16,130 nt of DNA from Gemmatimonadota bacterium (GTDB lineage Bacteria; Gemmatimonadota; Gemmatimonadetes; Longimicrobiales; Gaopeijiaceae): NCBI GenBank assembly GCA_021295815.1, contig JAGWBQ010000028.1, positions 1 to 16,130 on the forward strand. Reading direction: 5' to 3'. A program made the position numbers and the translations under genes. Below the pieces are notes generated by a model that had not been told where the DNA came from, searched no databases, and saw nothing but the letters and a program-made list of their open reading frames with translations. Shown here piece after piece: positions 7,543 to 15,225 of this stretch; positions within the stretch are counted from its first letter, which is position 1, and each line of letters opens with the position of its first letter.

Positions 7543-10010
7543 GCCTTCTCGTCCGCTTCTCCACCGTCGTCGACCAAAGCGACATCGACAACGGAATCAC
7601 GTTTACCGAGTGAAACCAGCTTGACCCCCTGAGTCGCGCGTCCGATCAGGGAAATGGCCGAAGCGAGCTGTCGGTTCACAACCCCGTTTTTGGTCATGAT
7701 CATGAGGTGTTCGCCCTCCCGGACGGCTCGCGCCGCCACGACCCGACCCGTTCTTTCTGAAACCTTGAGGTTGATTACACCGGTTCCTCCCCTCTGTTGC
7801 AGCCGGTACTCGTCGATGGAAGTCCGCTTGCCGAGGCCTTTCTCAGAGACGGCGAGCACGGTGGTGTCGTCCCGGAGCACGACCATGTCGACCACCTCGT
7901 CGTCCTTTCTGAGGTTCATGCCTTGAACCCCCATGGAGGCCCGCAGCAGGGGACGTACGTCAGACTCCCGGAAACGGATGGCGGCGCCCGCGCTGCTCGC
8001 CAGGAGGATCTCGTCGGAGCCCGAGGTCAGCCTGGCCTCGAGGAGCTCGTCGTCCTCGCGAATCCGGATGGCGATGATGCCGCCCTTCTGGACGTGGCGA
8101 TATGCGGAGAGCTGCGACTTCTTGACTATGCCCTTGCGCGTGCAAAAGAAGACGTACTCGCCGCCGTCGAAATCGCGGACGGGCAGCACCGAGGCGATCC
8201 GGGAACCGGGCTCCAGGTCGAGGAGGTTGACGATCGCTGTGCCCTTGGCGTAACGACTGCCCTCGGGAATCTGCCAGACCTTCAGCCAGTGGCACTGCCC
8301 GTCGCGCGTGAATACCAGGAGGTAGTCGTGAGTCCGGGCGATGAAGATGTGCTCCACCCAATCGCCGCCCTTGACGTCCATGCCGCGCAGCCCTTTGCCG
8401 CCCCGGAGCTGGGCGCGGTAGTTCTCCGGCGAGAGCCGTTTCACGTAGCCCTCGTGCGAGATCGTGATGACCGCCTCCTCGTCCACGATCAAGTCTTCGA
8501 CGTCGAAGTGCCCGATCGGGCCCGTGATCTCGGTCCGCCTCTCGTCGCCGTACTTGTCGCGGACGATCCGCAGTTCGTCGGCGACCACCTCCATGCGGCG
8601 TTCGCGCGACGCGAGGAGCTCGCGAAGCTCGCGGGCCGTTTCTCGGATCTGCGCGAGCTCGGTCTGCAGTTTCTCGATCTCGAGACCGGTCAGACGCGAG
8701 AGTCGCATCTCCAGAATGGCTTTCGCCTGCTTCTCGCTCAAATCGAACGCTTCGATGAGCTGGCTCGACGCGGTCCCGGAGTCGGGCGATCCCCTGATGA
8801 TCCGGATCACCCGGTCGATGTTGTCGACCGCGATCACCAACCCCTCGAGCACGTGCTGGCGAGCCAGAGCCCGGGCCAACTCAAACTCGGAGCGCCTGAC
8901 CACTACGTCGTGCCTGTGCTCGATGAAATGGCCGAGGATGCGACGCAGCGGCAGGATGCGCGGCTCGCCGTCCACAAGCGCCAGCATGATCGCGCCGAAG
9001 GTCCGCTGCATCTGCGTGTGCCGGTAGAGCCGGTTGAGCGCCACGAGCGGTACCGCGGAGCGCTTGAGCTCGATGACGATGCTCATGCCGCGCCGGTCGG
9101 ACTCGTCGCGGAGGTCGGAGATGTCCGGCAGACGACCGTCGCGCACCCCTTGAGCGATCTCTTCGATCAGTCGCGACTTGTTCACCATGAAGGGGATTTC
9201 CATGACGACGATGCGGACCTTGCCCCTGCGGTCCTCCTCGATGGTCGCCCTCCCTCGCTGGGTGATGCGCCCGCGCCCGGTCCGATATGCTTCGCGGATG
9301 CCCGAGCGTCCGCAGATGAAGGCGCCCGTCGGGAAGTCCGGGCCGGTGACGATGTCTTCGAGCCGCGCCTGCGGCAGTTCCGGGTCTTCGATCAGCGCGA
9401 GTGCGCCGTCGACCACCTCGGCGAGATTGTGGGGAGGCACGTTGGTGGACATCCCGACCGCGATGCCGGACGAACCGTTGACCAGCAGGTTGGGGATGCA
9501 CGTCGGCAGCACCGTCGGCTCGTTTCGGCTGCCGTCGAAGTTGGGTGCGAACTCGACGGTCTCCTTCTCTATGTCGTTGAGGAGCTCCGGCGCTATTCGG
9601 GAAAGCCGGGCCTCGGTGTAGCGATATGCCGCCGCGGCGTCGCCGTCGATGGAACCGAAGTTGCCCTGGCCGTCGATGAGCGGGTAGCGCAGCGAGAAGT
9701 CCTGAGCCATGCGCACAAGCGAGTCGTAGACTGCGGAGTCGCCGTGCGGATGATACTTGCCGAGCACGTCGCCGACCACAGTGGCGCATTTCTTGTAAGG
9801 GCGGCCGGGCCCCAGACCCAGCTCGCTCATGGCGTAGAGGATACGTCTGTGCACGGGCTTCAGCCCGTCGCGGACATCGGGGAGCGCGCGTTGGACTATC
9901 ACGCTCATCGAATAGTCGATGAAGGATTCCCTCATCTCCCTTTCAAGCGTCTTTGGCCGAATCCGCCGCGCTTGGCTCTCCTGTCCGGAGAGGTCTTTTT
10001 CTTCGCTCAT
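7539..10010 (-). CDS. gyrA: DNA gyrase subunit A
   Basis: Unmistakable GyrA: [26 protein letters not shown], the QRDR region [22 protein letters not shown], and the catalytic Tyr context [14 protein letters not shown]-terminal beta-pinwheel with repeated blades follows. The start is M19 of the track ORF (MSEEKDL; ATG at 10010). The 18 upstream codons (MVCAITFGG...) read as leader sequence. Confidence 0.97.
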   Translation of the reverse strand: MSEEKDLSGQESQARRIRPKTLEREMRESFIDYSMSVIVQRALPDVRDGLKPVHRRILYAMSELGLGPGRPYKKCATVVGDVLGKYHPHGDSAVYDSLVRMAQDFSLRYPLIDGQGNFGSIDGDAAAAYRYTEARLSRIAPELLNDIEKETVEFAPNFDGSRNEPTVLPTCIPNLLVNGSSGIAVGMSTNVPPHNLAEVVDGALALIEDPELPQARLEDIVTGPDFPTGAFICGRSGIREAYRTGRGRITQRGRATIEEDRRGKVRIVVMEIPFMVNKSRLIEEIAQGVRDGRLPDISDLRDESDRRGMSIVIELKRSAVPLVALNRLYRHTQMQRTFGAIMLALVDGEPRILPLRRILGHFIEHRHDVVVRRSEFELARALARQHVLEGLVIAVDNIDRVIRIIRGSPDSGTASSQLIEAFDLSEKQAKAILEMRLSRLTGLEIEKLQTELAQIRETARELRELLASRERRMEVVADELRIVRDKYGDERRTEITGPIGHFDVEDLIVDEEAVITISHEGYVKRLSPENYRAQLRGGKGLRGMDVKGGDWVEHIFIARTHDYLLVFTRDGQCHWLKVWQIPEGSRYAKGTAIVNLLDLEPGSRIASVLPVRDFDGGEYVFFCTRKGIVKKSQLSAYRHVQKGGIIAIRIREDDELLEARLTSGSDEILLASSAGAAIRFRESDVRPLLRASMGVQGMNLRKDDEVVDMVVLRDDTTVLAVSEKGLGKRTSIDEYRLQQRGGTGVINLKVSERTGRVVAARAVREGEHLMIMTKNGVVNRQLASAISLIGRATQGVKLVSLGKRDSVVDVALVDDGGEADEKA

Positions 10011-10026
10011 GTAGTAAAGTGGCGGC

Positions 10027-10043
10027 GGTGGTTCAACTCCACC
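10027..10043 (-). other. Small stem-loop in the gyrA 5' leader (GGTGG-agttgaa-CCACC on the coding strand)
   Basis: Inverted repeat read directly. It lies 17-33 nt upstream of the gyrA ATG. Confidence 0.3.
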
Positions 10044-10060
10044 GAATGTGATCGCGCATA

Positions 10061-10078
10061 CCAATTAAATATAACACC
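10061..10078 (-). promoter_or_regulatory. Candidate gyrA promoter: an AT-rich island with an extended -10 (TGtTATATT) on the - strand
   Basis: This is the only AT-rich patch in the region (ccaattaaatataacacc on +). The - strand reads GGTGTTATATTTAATTGG, and TGnTATATT fits the extended -10 consensus. There is no good -35 (TCGCAG). The predicted leader is about 50 nt. Confidence 0.35.
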
Positions 10079-10156
10079 TTCGCCACTGGCTGCGACCGCC
10101 CCTTGCCGCTCTCTTCGACCGCCCTCGGTGCGACACGGCTCCGGGCCGGGACCGGG

Positions 10157-11011
10157 CTACCCTCCGAAGAAGCGCTCGGGGATGCGTTCCAGGTCGGACA
10201 GGGGCGTGCCGCTCCCGCCGCGCCGGACCAGCACCAGTTCGCCTGCGACGGCGACCGCTATCTCCTCGGGGGTTTCGGCGCCGATGTCGAGGCCGATGGG
10301 TGCGTGGATCCTGGCGAGACGCTCGGCCGGGATCCCGTCGGCGATCAGTTGGACGTAGGTGGCGCGCACCCGCCGCCGGCTGCCGATCATGCCGATGTAG
10401 GCCGGAGGAGGGTCCGACTCCAGCGCCTCCGCGAGACACGTGTAGTCGTAGCGGTGACCGCGAGTGACCAGGACTATATGGGAGCGGGAGTGCAGCGGGA
10501 CGTCGACGAAGGGACGGTCGAAGTCGACGGGAAGGAGGCGGGCGGCCTCCGGGAATCGCTCGCGGGTGGCGAAGCCGGGGCGGTCGTCGAGCACGCTGAC
10601 CCTGAAGCCTATCTGGGAGCTCATTCGGGCCAGGGGAATGGCGACGTGTCCTGCTCCGACGATCACCAGCTCCGGGTCCGGACGGTGCGTCTCGACGTAG
10701 ATGTCGAAGCTGCCGGCCTCCGTGGCGAGGGTCACGACCCCTGGGAATCGCTCGCCGTCGGGCCCGCGGTCGTCGGCGACGGCCTTCCTCAGCGCCTTTT
10801 CCGCGACATGGTCGAGCTCGGCGTCCCCCAGCGAGCCCGTCACCTCCGTGCCTGCGGCAGCATCGCCCGGAGGTCCGTATCCGGCGATCGCGACCATGCG
10901 TCCACCCGGCTCGGTGTCCGAACCCGACCGGACCAGGAGCGCCACTGCGGCCTCAGAGCCGGCCCGTACCGCCGCGGCCAGGGTCCGGGTCGCCTGCGCC
11001 GCGGTCAGCAT
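10157..11011 (-). CDS. xdhC: XdhC/CoxI-family molybdoenzyme accessory protein (xanthine dehydrogenase / CO dehydrogenase maturation factor)
   Basis: 284 aa. The C-terminal Rossmann-like XdhC_C domain is clear (ELVIVGAGHVAIPLARMSSQIGFRVSVLDDRP ... IVLVTRGHRYD ... YIGMIGSRRR ... IGLDIGAETPEEIAVAVAGELV). The N-terminal domain is recognisable but divergent (ALLVRSGSDTEPGGRMVA ... TGSLGDAELD) and lacks the GGC and CGG cysteines seen in the stand-alone paralog at 5461-5832. A GAGG SD lies 7 nt upstream of the ATG. Confidence 0.8.
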   Translation of the reverse strand: MLTAAQATRTLAAAVRAGSEAAVALLVRSGSDTEPGGRMVAIAGYGPPGDAAAGTEVTGSLGDAELDHVAEKALRKAVADDRGPDGERFPGVVTLATEAGSFDIYVETHRPDPELVIVGAGHVAIPLARMSSQIGFRVSVLDDRPGFATRERFPEAARLLPVDFDRPFVDVPLHSRSHIVLVTRGHRYDYTCLAEALESDPPPAYIGMIGSRRRVRATYVQLIADGIPAERLARIHAPIGLDIGAETPEEIAVAVAGELVLVRRGGSGTPLSDLERIPERFFGG

Positions 11012-11092
11012 CGGCGGTCCTCGCAGGATCTCGCACGAGCGCCGAGTGCGACAGAGCGCCGTCCTGCCGTGGGAAGTTCGTCCACGGGCCTG

Positions 11093-11764
11093 CTAGGGAT
11101 CCCTGCCGAAGGCGGCTCGGTAATCGCCCGGGGTGTCGATGTCCTGGGTGACCCCGGCGCACTCCACGTCGCGGTATGTTCTTCGCTCCTGGTGACGTCT
11201 CGTGACGGTGCGAACCCCGTCCTCCAGGGTCGGTGCGAGGAGCTCGCCGAAGAGCGCGGACCCGATGAGCACGGGATGACCGCTCCCGCCCCGGTAGCGG
11301 GGCACCGCCAGGGCCGGAGCCCGGTCGTCGTCCGGGTCGAACGTGCGGGCCGCCCGGATCAGGGCCTCGACGGCCTCCGCCGACACCAGCGGGTGGTCCA
11401 CCGGATGCCACAGCACCGCCGCGACACCGCTCGACGGGGCCGAATCCGGACTCGCGCCCAGAGCCTCGAGCGCGGCCCTCATGGACGAGATCGGTCCGAC
11501 GGACGGGTCGGGGTTCCGGACACACTCCGCGCCGGCCCGCATCACGGTCGCGACACCGGGCGTTCCGTCGGGGCCGATCACGACCAGAACTCTGTCGCAC
11601 CCTCCGTCGCGGTGCGCGGAGACGATTCGTTCGAGGAAGCTGCGCCCACCGGCGTCGAGAAGAGCCTTGGGCCTGCCCATGCGCCTGGATGCGCCGGCGC
11701 AGGGTATCACACCGGCGATCACGTCCCTGCCGCTTGTGGCCCGCGGACGATCTCCCGCGAGCAC
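11093..11764 (-). CDS. mocA: MobA-like NTP transferase; probably molybdenum cofactor cytidylyltransferase (MocA) given the XdhC neighbour
   Basis: 223 aa. The N-terminal nucleotidyltransferase motif VIAGVIPCAGASRRMGRPKALL matches the MobA/MocA consensus GxILAGGxSxRMGxxK.LL. The start is GTG at 11764 with a strong SD, AGGAGG (complement of 11771-11776), 6 nt upstream. Confidence 0.78.
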   Translation of the reverse strand: MLAGDRPRATSGRDVIAGVIPCAGASRRMGRPKALLDAGGRSFLERIVSAHRDGGCDRVLVVIGPDGTPGVATVMRAGAECVRNPDPSVGPISSMRAALEALGASPDSAPSSGVAAVLWHPVDHPLVSAEAVEALIRAARTFDPDDDRAPALAVPRYRGGSGHPVLIGSALFGELLAPTLEDGVRTVTRRHQERRTYRDVECAGVTQDIDTPGDYRAAFGRDP

Positions 11765-11792
11765 CGAGAGCCTCCTACCGGTCCACGGATCG

Positions 11793-12548
11793 CTAAAGCT
11801 TGGCGCGCTCCTCCGCGTTTTCGCGGCCGAGCGTTATCGTGACGGGCTCGGAGCCTTCGATCGTTATCGGGAGGTTCCAATAGAGTTCCGTGTACACGAG
11901 CTCGTAGCGTGCGTGCACCCAGTATTCGCCGGGCGCGACCATGAAGGTGCCCCGGGCCACGCCGCTGGCGTCGGTGGTGTCGTACATGCGGTCCGCGCCC
12001 GCCTCCGCAAGCTTCAACTCGATGACCTCCGTGATGTTCGCGTAAGCCTCGTCGGCCCAGATGTCGCGCTGCATCTGCACGGCTCTGGACTGCGCCACCG
12101 TCGCCACTTGGAGTTCGGTGAAGGCCTCGAAGGCACGATCCTTGTCACGCTCGATGCGGGTCAGCCGGCCTTCGAGCGTGTTGAACTCGGTAAAGAGTTC
12201 CTGGTAGCGACGCTCTCCCCGGCTGTACTGCTCCATCTCCCCCGAGATGGTCTGGAGCCGGCTGCGAGTCCCTGACCATTCGAGTTCCAGCGTCCGCCAG
12301 ACCCCCTGCGCTTCCTGCACGTCGGTGCGAGCCTGCCGGAGTTCCTCGGGGATCTCGGGTTCGGGACGTTCGGCCTCGGCGTAGACGGCGCCCAGGGAGT
12401 CGAAGAGATGGTCGCGGTCGTAGGGAAGCAACTGGACTTCGATTCCCTCCAGGGTTTCGTCGTCGACCTGGACGAGAACGACGACCTCCGCCGAGGCGCA
12501 GGCGGATGCGGTGACCGCGAGAAGAGCGGCTGCTGCGAGGCGCTTCAT
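11793..12548 (-). CDS. Predicted lipoprotein of unknown function with a coiled-coil region and a C-terminal CarboxypepD_reg-like beta domain
   Basis: 251 aa. It has a signal peptide with a lipobox-like Cys (MKRLAAAALLAVTASAC). The central part is rich in E/R/Q heptad-like sequence. The C-terminus reads TDASGVARGTFMVAPGEYWVHARYE, which resembles carboxypeptidase-regulatory-like (prealbumin-fold) domains. Its stop lies 28 nt before the mocA start, so it is probably co-transcribed. Confidence 0.55.
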   Translation of the reverse strand: MKRLAAAALLAVTASACASAEVVVLVQVDDETLEGIEVQLLPYDRDHLFDSLGAVYAEAERPEPEIPEELRQARTDVQEAQGVWRTLELEWSGTRSRLQTISGEMEQYSRGERRYQELFTEFNTLEGRLTRIERDKDRAFEAFTELQVATVAQSRAVQMQRDIWADEAYANITEVIELKLAEAGADRMYDTTDASGVARGTFMVAPGEYWVHARYELVYTELYWNLPITIEGSEPVTITLGRENAEERAKL

Positions 12549-12701
12549 GCTGGTGCTGACTCCGTGTTGCGTGAGCGTTCCGGCTCTGATCGCGGTCGGA
12601 TGCGACCACGAAATCGAACGAAAATATGAAGGTTGTCTCGATTTAACGCAAGACTCGACAGTTCTCGATATCGTTCCGGCTCGTCGCCTCCGTCCCGCCG
12701 G

Positions 12702-13250
12702 TCATCCTTCGAGCAGGCGTTGGGCAGCTCGGACGAGGTCCTGATCGGCGCCGGTTCCGGTGTACCGCACGCGACCCTCGGCGTCGAGCATGACCACCGT
12801 CGAGGTGACGAAGGCGTCGTAGGCTCTGACGGCGTCGCCCTTGCCGTCCCAAAGGTAGGGGTAGGCGGCCTCGTGCCGGCTTAGGTGTCGGATGACCCGC
12901 CGAGGCGTCTGATTCACCCCCACCGCTATGGCGACGATGGCGAACCCCTCACCGTGGCGCTCGCTGAGTTCGTCGAGCTGAGGCTGGAGCGCTTCGCACT
13001 GATCGCACCAGCTCGCCCAGAATTCGATCAGGGCGGGCCTTCCCGCGATGAGCTCGGCCAGATCGACCGGGTTGCCGTCCAGGTCTTCGATGACGACCGC
13101 AGGAGCTTCCGAGCCTATGGGCAGGGAGACCCCGTTCCCCTCGGTGGACTGGGCCCGGAGCGTGAGGGGCGATGCGAGATGGCCGGCGGCCAGGACGAGG
13201 CCGGTGGCGAGCGGGGCGGCGAGGCTTCGGAAGAAGAACGGAGAAATCAT
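12702..13250 (-). CDS. TlpA/ResA/CcmG-like periplasmic thioredoxin (thiol:disulfide interchange protein)
   Basis: 182 aa with a signal peptide. The thioredoxin active site is WCDQC (nt 12996-13007) in the context ALIEFWASWCDQCEALQP. The fold length is typical of TlpA-family reductases and it lies immediately downstream of ccdA. Confidence 0.8.
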   Translation of the reverse strand: MISPFFFRSLAAPLATGLVLAAGHLASPLTLRAQSTEGNGVSLPIGSEAPAVVIEDLDGNPVDLAELIAGRPALIEFWASWCDQCEALQPQLDELSERHGEGFAIVAIAVGVNQTPRRVIRHLSRHEAAYPYLWDGKGDAVRAYDAFVTSTVVMLDAEGRVRYTGTGADQDLVRAAQRLLEG

Positions 13251-13275
13251 CTTAGCGGGAGTTGGCAGCGAAGGC

Positions 13276-13290
13276 GACGCGTGCCGCGTC
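13276..13290. other. Perfect palindrome GACGCG-tgc-CGCGTC in the ccdA-tlpA intergenic spacer
   Basis: Read directly: a 6-bp stem with a 3-nt loop, 26-40 nt upstream of the tlpA ATG and 22 nt after the ccdA stop. A second palindrome, CAGGTTgtAACCTG (13314-13327), overlaps the last ccdA codons. Confidence 0.3.
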
Positions 13291-13310
13291 GGAGCGCTTG
13301 CGGAAGGGGT

Positions 13311-14042
13311 TCACAGGTTGTAACCTGCCTGGACGAAGTAATACTGAGCCATGGCTATCATTGTTACGGCCGACGCCCGCTTCACCCATACCATCCAACC
13401 GCCGGTGCGGGGCAACCGCGAACTCAGCCCGGCGAAGACGCCCACGCCGATGAGGAGCGAGGTCATCCCGAGCGAGAAGACGAAGAGGTAGGCGAATCCC
13501 CAGAGGCCGGCCCCCGTCGCCGCCACCCAGGTGAGCACGACCGCGAACGCCGGTGCGCCGCAGGGGGCTGCGACCACTCCGGACATCGCCCCCATCGCGA
13601 AGACGGCCGGATAGGAGCCCGCTCCGGTCCGCGACGCCCGCTCCAGAAGTCCGCGCGGAATGGGGACCGGCAGCACGTCGAACATGACGAGAGCGAAGAG
13701 GAGCAGAAGGTTGCCGATGCCCAGAAGCGCCCACGGACTGGCGCTGACCGTCCCGAAGATCTCACCGGTGACTCCCGCGACCGCGCCCAGCACGGCGTAG
13801 AGAAGAGCGAGACCGACCGCGTAGGTGAGCGAGAGCGCCACGGTGCGCCGTCGCGTCTGACCGGCCCGCGAGCTTCCGGCGATCACCGCGCCCGTGATCG
13901 GAATCATCGGGTAGACGCAGGGCGTGAGGCTGGTGAGCACCCCGGCGCCGAACATGAACGCCAACGCGATCAGCGGATCGCCCGATAGAGCGTCGCTCCA
14001 ACCCGAGCTCGGCTCGATCTGCGCCAGGAAGAGGAGGTTCAA
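13311..14042 (-). CDS. ccdA: Cytochrome c-type biogenesis protein CcdA (DsbD-family thiol-disulfide transporter)
   Basis: The hallmark is LIALAFMFGAGVLTSLTPCVYPMIP, matching the CcdA consensus LAFxAGxLSFxSPCVLPLxP. A second conserved Cys lies in GVVAAPCGAPAF. About six TM helices are predicted. The track ORF runs on to 14162, where it would overlap the divergent PPIase gene and add a 40-aa non-homologous N-terminus. The in-frame TTG at 14042 gives a 243-aa protein of normal CcdA length. The start remains uncertain. Confidence 0.85.
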   Translation of the reverse strand: MNLLFLAQIEPSSGWSDALSGDPLIALAFMFGAGVLTSLTPCVYPMIPITGAVIAGSSRAGQTRRRTVALSLTYAVGLALLYAVLGAVAGVTGEIFGTVSASPWALLGIGNLLLLFALVMFDVLPVPIPRGLLERASRTGAGSYPAVFAMGAMSGVVAAPCGAPAFAVVLTWVAATGAGLWGFAYLFVFSLGMTSLLIGVGVFAGLSSRLPRTGGWMVWVKRASAVTMIAMAQYYFVQAGYNL

Positions 14043-14126
14043 CGGGGGAGCCGGGAGATGGGGGCGACGGAGGGACGGCCGCAATCTGAACACTGACGCT
14101 ACGGGGGTGTTCCAAACGCCGAACCC

Positions 14127-15224
14127 ATGAAGAAGGAACCGACCATACCTGGAAAACCGCACGCCGGCTCCGTGTCGCGCGGGCAGGCCTGCCGGAAGCT
14201 TCGGCGACGAAGGTCGCCGGGTCTCCTCCCGGTCCTGGGGCTGACGTTCGCCCTAGGGGCTTGCGGCGAGGACGAGCCGCCGGCCCTGAGCGTCGGGTCG
14301 GTAAGCTATTCGGCGAACGAGCTGTTGGGGCTCACCGCCGAAAGGCGCGAGGCGCTGGCCACCATCGCCGGCCTGGGACTTGCGATCGCGGACTCCAGCG
14401 TGGAAGAGCTCGGGGCCCCGTTGGTGGATCGCCGCGCCGACGAGCGTCTGCTAGACCTCCTCAGGGCCGATCTGACGGTCGAGAGCGCGGGAATCGACGG
14501 CGCCGAACTCGAGCGAAGGTACGGGGCCGATCCGGACTGGGAACTCACGGTGCGCCACATTCTCTTCTTCAGCGAGCGCTTCAGGTCGCCGGAGCGGAGA
14601 CGGGCCGCGGAGGAGAAGGCCGGACGCGCCTTGCGGCTTCTCCGCGACGGTGCCGACTTCGCCGAAACCGCGGCCATGCTCTCGGAGGAACCCGGGGCCG
14701 AGGGAAGCCAGGGCCTGCTCGAACCTGGTCGCCGGGGTTCGTGGGTGGAAGAATTCTGGAGCGCGGCCCTGGAGCTCGAACCCGGTGAGATCAGCGAAGT
14801 GACCGAAACCAGGTACGGCTACCACATTCTCCGGCTCGAGGCGCGCGAACCGCTGCCCTTCGTGGATGGCCGCTCCGAGCTCGTCGAGAGTATCGCCGCC
14901 GGGCTGGGATCGCTTGCGGAGCTTACGCTGAACTCGCCCGACGACACCGCCGCCGCCCTGGCCCAGGCCGAGCGAAGGGAGCTGACGCTGCCCGCGGGCG
15001 CGCGCAAGAGGTTGATGGACGAATGGATCGCCGACGCGCGCTACTGGAGCGAGGCGCTCGGATTCACCCGCGGCCTGACTCCCGAAGGGGTGGCCGCGGC
15101 AGCCTTGGCCGCGTTGGGCCTACCGGCACAAAACGCGGTCATCGCCCGTAACGAGCTTCAGCTTCCCCAGCACGCGGCGCTGACCCGCATGCGCTACGCA
15201 ACCTTCGTCGCACCGGCCTTCTGA
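14127..15224 (+). CDS. PpiC/parvulin-type peptidyl-prolyl cis-trans isomerase, lipoprotein-anchored (PrsA/SurA-like)
   Basis: 365 aa. It has a positively charged n-region, a hydrophobic core and Cys (RRRRSPGLLPVLGLTFALGAC). The parvulin domain reads VRHILFFSE...AGRALRLLRDGADFAETAAMLSEEPGAEGSQGLLEP...GEISEVTETRYGYHILRLEAR. The start is ATG 14127 or GTG 14172. Confidence 0.72.
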   Translation: MKKEPTIPGKPHAGSVSRGQACRKLRRRRSPGLLPVLGLTFALGACGEDEPPALSVGSVSYSANELLGLTAERREALATIAGLGLAIADSSVEELGAPLVDRRADERLLDLLRADLTVESAGIDGAELERRYGADPDWELTVRHILFFSERFRSPERRRAAEEKAGRALRLLRDGADFAETAAMLSEEPGAEGSQGLLEPGRRGSWVEEFWSAALELEPGEISEVTETRYGYHILRLEAREPLPFVDGRSELVESIAAGLGSLAELTLNSPDDTAAALAQAERRELTLPAGARKRLMDEWIADARYWSEALGFTRGLTPEGVAAAALAALGLPAQNAVIARNELQLPQHAALTRMRYATFVAPAF

Positions 15225-15225
15225 C

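Noticed and set aside
7797-10358. 853-aa + strand ORF
   Set aside because: It is entirely antisense to gyrA and runs across the gyrA promoter region. The translation is Arg/Gly/Asp/Pro-rich with no motif. This is the classic stop-poor antisense frame of a high-GC gene.
10103-11842. 579-aa + strand ORF
   Set aside because: It is antisense to xdhC and mocA, whose calls rest on strong motifs and SD sites. The translation is Arg/Gly-rich junk.
12885-13988. 367-aa + strand ORF
   Set aside because: It is antisense to tlpA and ccdA. It is extremely Arg/Glu/Asp/Gly-rich, low-complexity and not protein-like.
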